A DNA stretch of 33,122 nt from Eubacteriales bacterium (lineage in GTDB: Bacteria > Bacillota > Clostridia > Oscillospirales > CAG-382), in NCBI GenBank assembly GCA_045646995.1, contig JAZRLT010000055.1:1-33122 (forward strand), written 5' to 3'. Under the pieces are notes generated by a model, which had not been told where the DNA came from, did no database searches, and was given only the letters and a program-made list of their open reading frames with translations. Of the stretch, positions 20,114 to 27,710 are shown piece after piece. The stretch's first letter is position 1; the number at the start of each line of letters is the position of its first letter. The translations under genes and the position numbers were made by a program.

Positions 20114-20470
20114 TTATTTTATGTTTTTTATGGCATTAAAGGTTTCGTCGCTTATGACGTGCTCTATCTTACATGCATCCTCGGAAGCTATATCAGAAGG
20201 TACTCCGATAGAAACGAGATAATCGGTAAGGACTAAATGGCGCTCGTACATTTTTTCGGCGACTTCTTTTCCTTTTTCGGTAAGAATCAATCCGCCGTCG
20301 TCGTCGCAAAGGATATATCCGCCGTTTTTGAGAATACCTACTGCGCGAGATACGCTCGGTTTTGAAACCTTGCGGTGCTCGCAAATATCGACCGAACGTA
20401 CTGTGGGTAGCTTTTTCGATAAAACGTGTATTGCCTCGAGGTACATTTCGCCCGATTCCTGAAGCCGCAT
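20114..20470 (-). CDS. Metal-dependent transcriptional repressor, DtxR/MntR family (118 aa; wHTH plus dimerisation/metal domain, no SH3-like tail)
   Basis: GGAAGGAG RBS is present. The sequence ESGEMYLEAIHVL...VRSVDICEHRKVSKPSVSRAVGILKNGGYI...LTEKGKEVAEKMYERHLVLTDYL...DACKIEHVISDET matches the DtxR-family layout. Confidence 0.85.
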   Translation of the reverse strand: MRLQESGEMYLEAIHVLSKKLPTVRSVDICEHRKVSKPSVSRAVGILKNGGYILCDDDGGLILTEKGKEVAEKMYERHLVLTDYLVSIGVPSDIASEDACKIEHVISDETFNAIKNIK

Positions 20471-20497
20471 ATTCTCACTCCTTCCGATGTTTTTATT

Positions 20498-20526
20498 ATT
20501 TTATCATAAACTACCGAATAAATCAA
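20498..20526 (-). promoter_or_regulatory. Candidate sigma-A promoter for the DtxR-family gene
   Basis: On the minus strand: TTGATT (20526-20521), a 17-nt spacer, then TAAAAT (20503-20498). This lies about 28 nt upstream of the ATG. Confidence 0.4.
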
Positions 20527-20539
20527 GCGTTTTGAGCGT

Positions 20540-20989
20540 TCAACGGCGTTTTAACGCTTTCTTCATATTTCGCTTTCGGTTTGATGAAAATTTCGAGACG
20601 GATATCGAACCGATAAGCGATGCTGCGATTAATGAGGCGGATATAACGGCGACGTTTGTTGCACTTGTTTCGTAAGGAAGAAAGAGAGACGTTATTATAA
20701 GCGGAAACGCTATTACTCCCGAGGAAAGAAGTCCCGCCAATACGGGAGAATCCTTATAGTGAGTTGCCGAAAAAACGCTTCCTGCCGCGCTTCCGAGAAA
20801 TACGGCCGCCGCGGCAAGCACTAAAGAGAGCGAGCTCGGAGACGCGGAGCTTAAAATTGTAAAGGGTGATAAGAGTATAACGAGCGCCGTAAGAGCGATT
20901 CCTATTCCTCCGCCTATAAGCGAAGCCTTGAAGAAGCTCTGAGCTCCGCTTTGATTTTGTGACGGTGTCCTCTGCTTGGTGTGTTTCAT
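20540..20989 (-). CDS. Small integral membrane protein (3-4 TM helices), function unknown; possibly the YrzE/TIGR04086-like family
   Basis: GGAAGG RBS is present. The protein has a polar N-terminus, then Gly/Ala/Ser-rich hydrophobic segments and a basic C-terminal tail (NRKRNMKKALKRR). The family assignment is from memory only. Confidence 0.65.
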   Translation of the reverse strand: MKHTKQRTPSQNQSGAQSFFKASLIGGGIGIALTALVILLSPFTILSSASPSSLSLVLAAAAVFLGSAAGSVFSATHYKDSPVLAGLLSSGVIAFPLIITSLFLPYETSATNVAVISASLIAASLIGSISVSKFSSNRKRNMKKALKRR

Positions 20990-21036
20990 ATATATTACCT
21001 TCCTTTCGGTGAATATATATGATTTTTTCGCCTTGA

Positions 21037-22068
21037 TTATTCCGCGAAAAACCTTTCGGTAAAGGAAACGGTAAATTCGTCAAGCGCCGCAAAATCCATG
21101 GACGGAATATATATACGTTCTATTTCGGAATGTGCCTCGCGTGCCTTCAAAAGCTCCTTTTGCGCTTCGATTAAAAGCTCCGAGGAGAACCTTTCTATGC
21201 CGTGTAATTTGAGTTTGACCGATTGCAAAGCTCCGTTGTCGGTGAATCGAGAGGTTATTACGGATTTTTTCTCTTTAGCAAAGGTGCATGGAGAAACGTT
21301 GCATGAGGATATGAGCGTGCTTGATGACGGAAAATATACCGCATCGGAAATTGATGCGTCAATAGGCGAGCGGGAAATTACAGCCTCGGCACCGCGTTCG
21401 CGCACTATTCGCTCTACCGCCGTCATAAATGCTTCGGTGCATTTTCCTTTGACTTCTATAAGTCTGTCGACCTCTCCGAATACGGGAATTGTTTTTATCC
21501 CCGAAAATGTAAACGCCGAGGCGAATATGCTTCTTATTCCGCCGCGCGCTTCGGTAAGCTTATCGACGAGCCGTATTGCGGCTCGGTCGAGCTTTTGCTT
21601 GTCGGTGCATTGGGAAATGAGTGAACGTTTTATATCGAGGGTATCGCCGAGCGTTGATAAAATGCGATAAGCGTTTTTGTAGTGAACGCTTTTCGAATCG
21701 GTGAGCCGTATTATTTCATCGCGGTGGGGAAGAAGAGTACCTTCGTCCCAAAAATCCCCGAGATTTATTATACTTTCGCGTACACAAGGGTATTTTGTGT
21801 CGAGTGAGTGGGGATTTGTGCCGTCGGCGACTGCTTTGCCTATCTGCGGAACGATTACACCGTCGATCGAATCGGGATCGCCCGAGCAATATATAAGATC
21901 GACCTTGTATCCGAGCCGCTGAGCCTTTCCTGCGATACGCTTCATAAAGGTGGATTTTCCGCATCCGCTCGAGCCCTTAAGAATATAAAGTCTTTTAACG
22001 TCGGAAAAAGCGTCGTCAAAAAGCGAAACGAATCCGCTTCTTGTATTCGCTCCTGCGAAATATTCCAT
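21037..22068 (-). CDS. Uncharacterised P-loop ATPase conserved in endospore-forming Firmicutes (recalled as PRK06851-like)
   Basis: AGGAG lies 9 nt before ATG 22068 (MEYFAGANTRSGF). An alternative ATG at 22104 overlaps the upstream stop as ATGA. The Walker A is LKGSSGCGKST, and a DGVIVP...ADGTNPH motif is present. Confidence 0.75.
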   Translation of the reverse strand: MEYFAGANTRSGFVSLFDDAFSDVKRLYILKGSSGCGKSTFMKRIAGKAQRLGYKVDLIYCSGDPDSIDGVIVPQIGKAVADGTNPHSLDTKYPCVRESIINLGDFWDEGTLLPHRDEIIRLTDSKSVHYKNAYRILSTLGDTLDIKRSLISQCTDKQKLDRAAIRLVDKLTEARGGIRSIFASAFTFSGIKTIPVFGEVDRLIEVKGKCTEAFMTAVERIVRERGAEAVISRSPIDASISDAVYFPSSSTLISSCNVSPCTFAKEKKSVITSRFTDNGALQSVKLKLHGIERFSSELLIEAQKELLKAREAHSEIERIYIPSMDFAALDEFTVSFTERFFAE

Positions 22069-22100
22069 ATAAATCCACTCCTGTTTTCTGGGTTCTTTAA

Positions 22101-22715
22101 TCATTCTATGCTCGAGAAAAGATTTTTGTTTATCGATTCCGATGCGGGGATGGATTTTACTATATATCCTCCGCCGATTCGTATATGAAAATCGATTTTA
22201 TTTTCACTTAACGTGAAAATATCCCGTTCGAGCCTTTTCTTGTTTTCTTCTCCGATATACGCCTCGATCAAACGAGAGATATCCTTTTTGTCGAAAAACT
22301 CCGAGAAACGGGTTTTGGTGCCGAATTTGCGCTCCCATACTTGAGTTTTTCGTTCCTTGAAGGGCTCGCTCCGCCCGTCGGAAATAGAAATTTCGAGTAG
22401 TATCGAAAGGTACTTTTCGCTTTCGAACGTGTTTTCCCATCTCATAACGACCGAATAGGGAATAAATTCACCGTCGCATTCGGCTTGAGCGCGTTTTGCG
22501 GATTTCAATAAATCGTTTTTGGCGTAATAGATCAACCCGTCGGATAATCTTTTGTAAAACTCACAAGCGTTTTTTTGTAAAGGGTCTTTTTTCTGACATT
22601 GAATTTCGGGGTATTTAAGATTGATTTTTAATAAAGGCGTGCCGTTGTCGGATAAAATTTCTTCCTTGATTTGCCGTTCGATTAAGGAAAATTTGATTTT
22701 TTTCGTAAATAACAT
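22101..22715 (-). CDS. Hypothetical protein (204 aa), no signal peptide; possibly a DUF4163/DUF3298-like fold
   Basis: This is a clean ORF whose stop is contained in the ATGA that forms the alternative ATG-22104 start of the ATPase gene. It has only a weak RBS. The fold suggestion rests only on the pattern LKINLKYPEI...YSVVMRWENTF...LSILLEISISDG. Confidence 0.6.
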   Translation of the reverse strand: MLFTKKIKFSLIERQIKEEILSDNGTPLLKINLKYPEIQCQKKDPLQKNACEFYKRLSDGLIYYAKNDLLKSAKRAQAECDGEFIPYSVVMRWENTFESEKYLSILLEISISDGRSEPFKERKTQVWERKFGTKTRFSEFFDKKDISRLIEAYIGEENKKRLERDIFTLSENKIDFHIRIGGGYIVKSIPASESINKNLFSSIE

Positions 22716-22762
22716 ATTTCATCACCGAAATATATCTATTCCGAAAATAGCGGAATGATGAA

Positions 22763-24175
22763 TCATTTTCGCTTACCGAGCCGTTCTCGCCGTCCGAGTG
22801 TCTTTTTGGGAATAGCGAGTACGCTGTCCTGTATTCCGCTTTTGCTAAATGGCAATATCGGTGTAAGATAAGGGACACCGAAGCTTTTTGTTCGCGCGAG
22901 CAGTAATATAAGACCGCCGATGCTTAACCCCAAGCCCCAAAATCCGAATATTTCGGTCAAAACGAGCGCGCTTATACGCGAAAGAACTATAACGTACATA
23001 TATGCGGGAGTTATGAATGCACAAACTGCGGAAAATGCGACGGTGATAACTCCCACCGACGAAACTATTCCCGCCTCTACGGCTGTGTTTCCGAGGATTA
23101 TCGAGCCGACGATTCCTACCGCGTCGCCGACGGTCCTCGGCATTCTTACTCCAACCTCGCGTAATATCTCAAAAAGAAGCAATACCGCCATTATCTCCCA
23201 AAAAAAGGTAACCGGTATATCCTTTCGCGACTCGTCGATAATTCCGTAAAACTCTTTTGGCATAGCCGTCCAATCGTTCGAAATTACCGCGCAAAGAATT
23301 GAGGGTGCAAATATCGCGGCGAAAAAACCGAAAAGACGCAGTAACCGTATAAAGGTCGAATAAAACGGAGTATGGAGATAATCGTCCGACGCTTGTAAGC
23401 CTTCGATAAAAAGAAAGGGAAGTGTAATGACGAACGGACTTCCGTCAACTATTATTCCGACTCGCCCCGCCATAAGCTTCGATGCCGCCTTGTCTACCTT
23501 TTCGGTGCTTCCGTACGACGGAAAAAGCGAGACTCTGCGTCCTCCCAACAGCATTGCGATATTAGTGCTGTCGGTAATAACGCTCGCCTCGAGCTTTTTT
23601 ATGCGGACGCTTAATTCTTCTACTAATCTTTTGCTCGCACGTCCGTCTACGTAGGTTAAGATAACGTTTGTGCGGGAAACGCTACCGAGAGTAAAAAATC
23701 GGAATTTCAAATCGGGAGTGCGTATTATTCTTCGAAGAAGCGCTATATTTAGTTCCGCGTTTTCGACAAACCCTGCCTTCGGACCGCGTAAGGTTACGTC
23801 GCTGCCAGGCTCGGTGATTCCTCTCGACGGAGCGACTTGAGCGTTCGAGACGGCTTTGAAAAATCCGTTTTTGCTTTCGGTAAGAATAAGAAGATCGCCC
23901 TTTGCGATATCCTCGGCGCTTTTTTCGGGAGTGTCGGCGGAGATAAGGTAATGACATACCAGTATTTCACCGAAATTTCCGTCGAATTCATCAAGTTTGT
24001 TTCGTATTAACGGACGTATTACCGTTTCGGCAACGTAGTCCCGATCGTTTAAACCTCTTAAAAATATAATCGCAAAACGCGCGCTGTCGTTTCCTCCCTC
24101 ACGGCATACGATATCTCCGCAATCTCCGAATATGCTTAAAACTCTGTCGCGATAGCTGTCAAAGCTGTATTCCAT
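22763..24175 (-). CDS. Spore germination protein, GerA-family A subunit (GerAA/GerKA-like)
   Basis: GGAG RBS is present. The motif ITEPGSDVTLRGPKAGFVENAELNIALLRRIIRTPDLKF is the hallmark GerAA core. The C-terminal half has several TM helices. Confidence 0.9.
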   Translation of the reverse strand: MEYSFDSYRDRVLSIFGDCGDIVCREGGNDSARFAIIFLRGLNDRDYVAETVIRPLIRNKLDEFDGNFGEILVCHYLISADTPEKSAEDIAKGDLLILTESKNGFFKAVSNAQVAPSRGITEPGSDVTLRGPKAGFVENAELNIALLRRIIRTPDLKFRFFTLGSVSRTNVILTYVDGRASKRLVEELSVRIKKLEASVITDSTNIAMLLGGRRVSLFPSYGSTEKVDKAASKLMAGRVGIIVDGSPFVITLPFLFIEGLQASDDYLHTPFYSTFIRLLRLFGFFAAIFAPSILCAVISNDWTAMPKEFYGIIDESRKDIPVTFFWEIMAVLLLFEILREVGVRMPRTVGDAVGIVGSIILGNTAVEAGIVSSVGVITVAFSAVCAFITPAYMYVIVLSRISALVLTEIFGFWGLGLSIGGLILLLARTKSFGVPYLTPILPFSKSGIQDSVLAIPKKTLGRRERLGKRK

Positions 24176-24254
24176 TAATGTTCTCCGTAAGCTTTTTATA
24201 TAAGAATTATTTCCCGTTTCGTTTATCGCTAACCCTTTTTTGAGATAAAAAATA

Positions 24255-24283
24255 TTGACATAATTATCGTGATGATATAGAAT
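24255..24283 (+). promoter_or_regulatory. Candidate sigma-A promoter for the M23-domain gene
   Basis: TTGACA (24255-24260), a 17-nt spacer, then TAGAAT (24278-24283). Confidence 0.4.
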
Positions 24284-24339
24284 AATAAAAGAGGAATTCT
24301 GCCGTCAGTCGGCTTTTTATAAATTTTTCGGAGGATAAA

Positions 24340-25971
24340 ATGGCAAAAGGAAAAAAGAAGGATAAATTTAACGCCATACTTGCGGTTGTGCTTTGCCTTC
24401 CGCTCGTATTCATCGCGGTTTTTTTGATAAATCACTTTACCCGTTCTATTTCGCTTGAGGATATCAACTCGGTTACGGTTAAGATCTCTGATGACGTTTC
24501 GTATACCTTCGATAAAAATGAGGACGTTATGTTCTTCGTCGATCTTCTCTCCGGCTGTTCTCCTATCAATAGTGCGATGAGAGATGTTTCAAACGAAAAG
24601 TCGGTTTACATAATTTGTTCCGACGGTGATTACTCTTACGAGTATGAATTCTACCCGTCGCTCGATCTTTCGGGCTGTCTTTTGGTGGATTCTAAGGGAA
24701 GCCTTTACGTTCCTGCTGCCGAATCCGCTAAGGAATTGTTGTTAAGAAACGAATTTGATTTTCTTTACGCCGATTTGTTTTTACCGAATCTTTCGGTTAT
24801 AAGCGGTAATAACAGCTATACCGTTTCTCCTGTGGAAAGCGAATGGAGTTATTATAAGGCGGACGGTGAGATTTATTCCTACTCTCCCGAAAAGCTTTCT
24901 GACGGAAGCGAGGTCTTTATGATAACAAAAGGTCTCGAAAATACCCTTTCCTTCGCTCCCGACGACACCAAATTGCCCTACGAGCTTTCGGATATAAAAT
25001 ACGTTTCCCAAAGCGGTACGGAATATAATATTCAAAATATTTCCGAGCTTGATCTTTCCTTCGATACTCTTTTGGACGTTTCCTTTACCGCCAAATGGGG
25101 CTCGCTCAACGGCGCTAAGGCGTTCGGCGAGGCTAAATATAAGTTTAAGATACGCTACGATATCCCCTCGGTAATCGAAATTCCCGTAAATGATTATACT
25201 ATCGGCGATGTTATAAAGATCGATGCGACCCATCTTAACGAAGACGAGAAGGTTGAGCTTGTAACACTTCTTGATACTAAGGGAATCGATTTTGATGTGC
25301 TTTCCGAGGGTAAGGGAATAGCGCTTATTCCTGTCGGTCTTACCAATGCGGCGGGTAAATATCCCGTCGAGCTCGTTACCGTTACGGGAAACGTTAAGGA
25401 AGATATCCAGATAAATGCGCTCGAACGCGGTAACTTCGTTTCTCTTCCCAATATTGACGAAACTCAGTATAACGATATGATGTCGCTCGACAAAATGACC
25501 GAGCTTGAAACAAAATTAGCGTCAATAACCGCTAAGCGACCCGACCTTAACTATTTCGTGTTCGGTGAGGATAATCTTTCCGCACCCGTTACGTCCAAAA
25601 ATATCCTTCATCAGTACGGTCAACAGGTCAATATAAAGGCGTACTCCAATAACGATGTCGGCAACCGCGTTTGTAAGGGTATCGTTTACGGACTCGAAGC
25701 GGGCTCGCAGGTTCGCTCGGCTCAGGCGGGTGAGGTCGTCTTTAGCGGTACTCTCGCACCTACGGGCAACACCGTCGTTGTTTACCACGGCTACGGTATC
25801 TATACCTATTATTACCACCTCGACTCGCTCGACGTCGTTCTCGGCGATATCGTAAATAAGGGTCAGGTCGTAGGTAAGGCGGGCTCTACGGGCTACACTA
25901 ACGAAAAAACCGTTCTCCATTATGCGGTAAGCATTGACGGCATATTCGTAAACCCCGAAACCTTTAATTAA
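24340..25971 (+). CDS. Membrane-anchored protein with a C-terminal M23/LytM domain that appears catalytically degenerate
   Basis: GGAGG RBS is present, with an N-terminal TM helix (ILAVVLCLPLVFIAVFLI). The C-terminal sequence is CKGIVYGLEAGSQVRSAQAGEVVFSG...GNTVVVYHGYGIYTYYYHLDS...VGKAGSTGYTNEKTVLHYAVSIDGIFVNP. It aligns with LytM, but the HxxxD and first HxH residues are replaced. Confidence 0.85.
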   Translation: MAKGKKKDKFNAILAVVLCLPLVFIAVFLINHFTRSISLEDINSVTVKISDDVSYTFDKNEDVMFFVDLLSGCSPINSAMRDVSNEKSVYIICSDGDYSYEYEFYPSLDLSGCLLVDSKGSLYVPAAESAKELLLRNEFDFLYADLFLPNLSVISGNNSYTVSPVESEWSYYKADGEIYSYSPEKLSDGSEVFMITKGLENTLSFAPDDTKLPYELSDIKYVSQSGTEYNIQNISELDLSFDTLLDVSFTAKWGSLNGAKAFGEAKYKFKIRYDIPSVIEIPVNDYTIGDVIKIDATHLNEDEKVELVTLLDTKGIDFDVLSEGKGIALIPVGLTNAAGKYPVELVTVTGNVKEDIQINALERGNFVSLPNIDETQYNDMMSLDKMTELETKLASITAKRPDLNYFVFGEDNLSAPVTSKNILHQYGQQVNIKAYSNNDVGNRVCKGIVYGLEAGSQVRSAQAGEVVFSGTLAPTGNTVVVYHGYGIYTYYYHLDSLDVVLGDIVNKGQVVGKAGSTGYTNEKTVLHYAVSIDGIFVNPETFN

Positions 25972-25976
25972 TATAA

Positions 25977-26013
25977 AAAAGTGTACTTTTCGTTTTTGAA
26001 AAGTACACTTTTT
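25977..26013. terminator. Bidirectional intrinsic terminator between convergent genes
   Basis: AAAAGTGTACTTTT-CGTTTTT-GAAAAGTACACTTTTT: a long stem with flanking A/T runs. Confidence 0.8.
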
Positions 26014-26014
26014 G

Positions 26015-26782
26015 TTATATTACAACGTCGTATTTAACGGTATCGCTGTAATGCCACCACTCGTTTTTATACCCCGAAAAGCCGTGCTTTCCCATAATAT
26101 CTTCGAGAAATTGCGAATTCTCGGCGGATTCTTTGCTTACGTCCGAATAATCTCTGTCGGCGAGTTTTGTGAATTCGTCAAATTCGCTTGGCATTTCGAC
26201 TTTGCTTCCGTCTGTGCGTACGATAGTGATATCCACCGTGTTTCCGCGACTGTGAGAGGAATACCCGTTGTTGGGATTCGAAACGAAGCTCGGGTCGGGA
26301 CATATCTCCCATAATTTCCATTGCGCTTCCGTGGGACGGTAAGCGTCCCATATAAGGAGCTCATATCCCGATTCCTTAAGCTCGTTTTGGACCGCTAAAA
26401 GCTTTTTTACCGTGCCGTAACGTAAATACGCCTTGTCGGAATTGTAAATAACCTTCCCGGTAAAGTTGTTTTCGGTGGCGTATCGTATATCGGTTTTTAT
26501 GTCGGGGATATAGTCGGATATAAGCACAAGGTCGGAATCTGATGGCAAGGGAAGCGGTTCAACGCTTTCCTCATATTCAACGCTTTCCTCTTTCTCGGTG
26601 CTTTCCTCTGATACGACGGAATCGCTTTCGGTTTCTGAGGATTCTGCTTCTTCGTTAAACGAGGCTTCGGAATGCGTGCTTTTGCTTTGCTCGGGCTCGG
26701 AAGAGCTCTCGGGGTTGCTTTCCGAAGCGCACCCGACAAGCAGAAGCGATATTAAAATAAGTATTATCAGTCTATTTTCCAA
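26015..26782 (-). CDS. Exported (lipoprotein) VanX/DdpX-like D-Ala-D-Ala dipeptidase, peptidase family M15D
   Basis: The motifs are [30 protein letters not shown] and EWWHY. The lipobox is LVGC, followed by an acidic Ser/Glu linker. GAGG lies 7 nt before an in-frame TTG at 26782. The ORF-track ATG at 26824 lacks an RBS and lies 58 nt inside ung. Confidence 0.8.
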   Translation of the reverse strand: MENRLIILILISLLLVGCASESNPESSSEPEQSKSTHSEASFNEEAESSETESDSVVSEESTEKEESVEYEESVEPLPLPSDSDLVLISDYIPDIKTDIRYATENNFTGKVIYNSDKAYLRYGTVKKLLAVQNELKESGYELLIWDAYRPTEAQWKLWEICPDPSFVSNPNNGYSSHSRGNTVDITIVRTDGSKVEMPSEFDEFTKLADRDYSDVSKESAENSQFLEDIMGKHGFSGYKNEWWHYSDTVKYDVVI

Positions 26783-27441
26783 TCGATTTCCTCTTTTCCT
26801 ATTGAACGAAGAAATTCGTTGCATTTTGAAAAGTGCTTGCAGCCGAAGAAACCGTTGTATGCCGATAACGGGCTCGGATGCGCCGCTTCCAATATTTTAT
26901 GCTGTGAGCCTGTAATAAGGCTCTTTTTGGCGCGTGCGTAACCGCCCCAAAGTATGAAAACGATCGGTTCTTCGCGCTCGTTGAGCAGGGAAATAGCACG
27001 GTCGGTGAAGGTTTCCCAGCCCTTGCTTCGATGGCTTCCCGCGTTTCCGGCGCGAACCGTAAGTACGGCGTTTAAAAGCATAACACCATTTTCGGCCCAT
27101 TGGGTAAGCTCGCCGTGGTTAGGGGGTGTAATACCGAGGTCGCTTTCTAATTCCTTGAAAATATTAATGAGAGACGGGGGCTTTTGAACGCCTTTTTTAA
27201 CAGAAAAGCAAAGCCCGTGCGCCTGACCTTCGCCGTGGTAGGGGTCCTGACCGATAATTACGGCGCGTACGTCGTGGTAGTCGGTATATTTAAAGGCATT
27301 AAAGATGTCGTTCATCTCGGGATATATAGGAACTCCCGAGTTGAGATATTCCTGCTTTAAAAAGGCGCGCAGAGTGCGGTAATATTCCTTTTCTGCTTCA
27401 TTAGCCATCAAAGAATCCCACGAATTTTCGAATTTAAACAT
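26767..27441 (-). CDS. ung: Uracil-DNA glycosylase (family 1)
   Basis: AAAGGAG RBS is present. The motifs [18 protein letters not shown] and AAHPSPLSA are diagnostic. Confidence 0.95.
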   Translation of the reverse strand: MFKFENSWDSLMANEAEKEYYRTLRAFLKQEYLNSGVPIYPEMNDIFNAFKYTDYHDVRAVIIGQDPYHGEGQAHGLCFSVKKGVQKPPSLINIFKELESDLGITPPNHGELTQWAENGVMLLNAVLTVRAGNAGSHRSKGWETFTDRAISLLNEREEPIVFILWGGYARAKKSLITGSQHKILEAAHPSPLSAYNGFFGCKHFSKCNEFLRSIGKEEIDWKID

Positions 27442-27501
27442 ACTATCGCTCCTTTCAATAACATTATATCATAAAACATTACTAAATCAAGAAAAATGTA
27501 A

Positions 27502-27530
27502 TTGACAAATGTTAAAAATAAGGTTATGAT
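27502..27530 (+). promoter_or_regulatory. Sigma-A-type promoter driving the mgtE leader
   Basis: TTGACA (27502-27507), exactly 17 nt, then TATGAT (27525-27530). The predicted start near 27537 gives a ~170-nt leader. Confidence 0.55.
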
Positions 27531-27537
27531 TAATTAG

Positions 27538-27710
27538 ATATACTTGTTTGAAAAGGTAGGTGAGAGATCGATGGATAATCCGCGAAGTAACGGCATAAAA
27601 CCTAAAAGTATTTGCGCGGGCGGAGTAGTCGGTGTCTTGCCTTTTTCCGTTCGCGTTAAATAGGGTTTTTTGCCATTTTTTCTTTAATAATTTGAAAGGA
27701 AAAACGGCCA
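27538..27710 (+). promoter_or_regulatory. Long structured 5' leader of mgtE; candidate Mg2+-sensing M-box (ykoK-type) riboswitch, not verified
   Basis: The leader length fits an M-box. GGUAGGUGAG (about 27555-27564) resembles the conserved GUUAGGUGAGG segment. A 10-bp stem pairs 27614-27623 with 27647-27656. I could not trace the other conserved M-box segments by eye. Confidence 0.3.

Noticed and set aside
21037-22715. Reading the P-loop ATPase plus small partner as a phage-defence module.
   Set aside because: I recognised no nuclease, TIR, SIR2, helicase or methylase features. The ATPase signature matches a conserved housekeeping-type family of spore formers, and no mobile-element hallmarks flank the pair.
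26783-26824. ATG 26824 as the start of the VanX-like gene, as in the ORF track.
   Set aside because: It has no Shine-Dalgarno sequence, overlaps ung by 58 nt and gives an over-long basic n-region. The in-frame TTG at 26782 has a well-placed GAGG. ATG 26824 remains possible, so it is noted rather than excluded.
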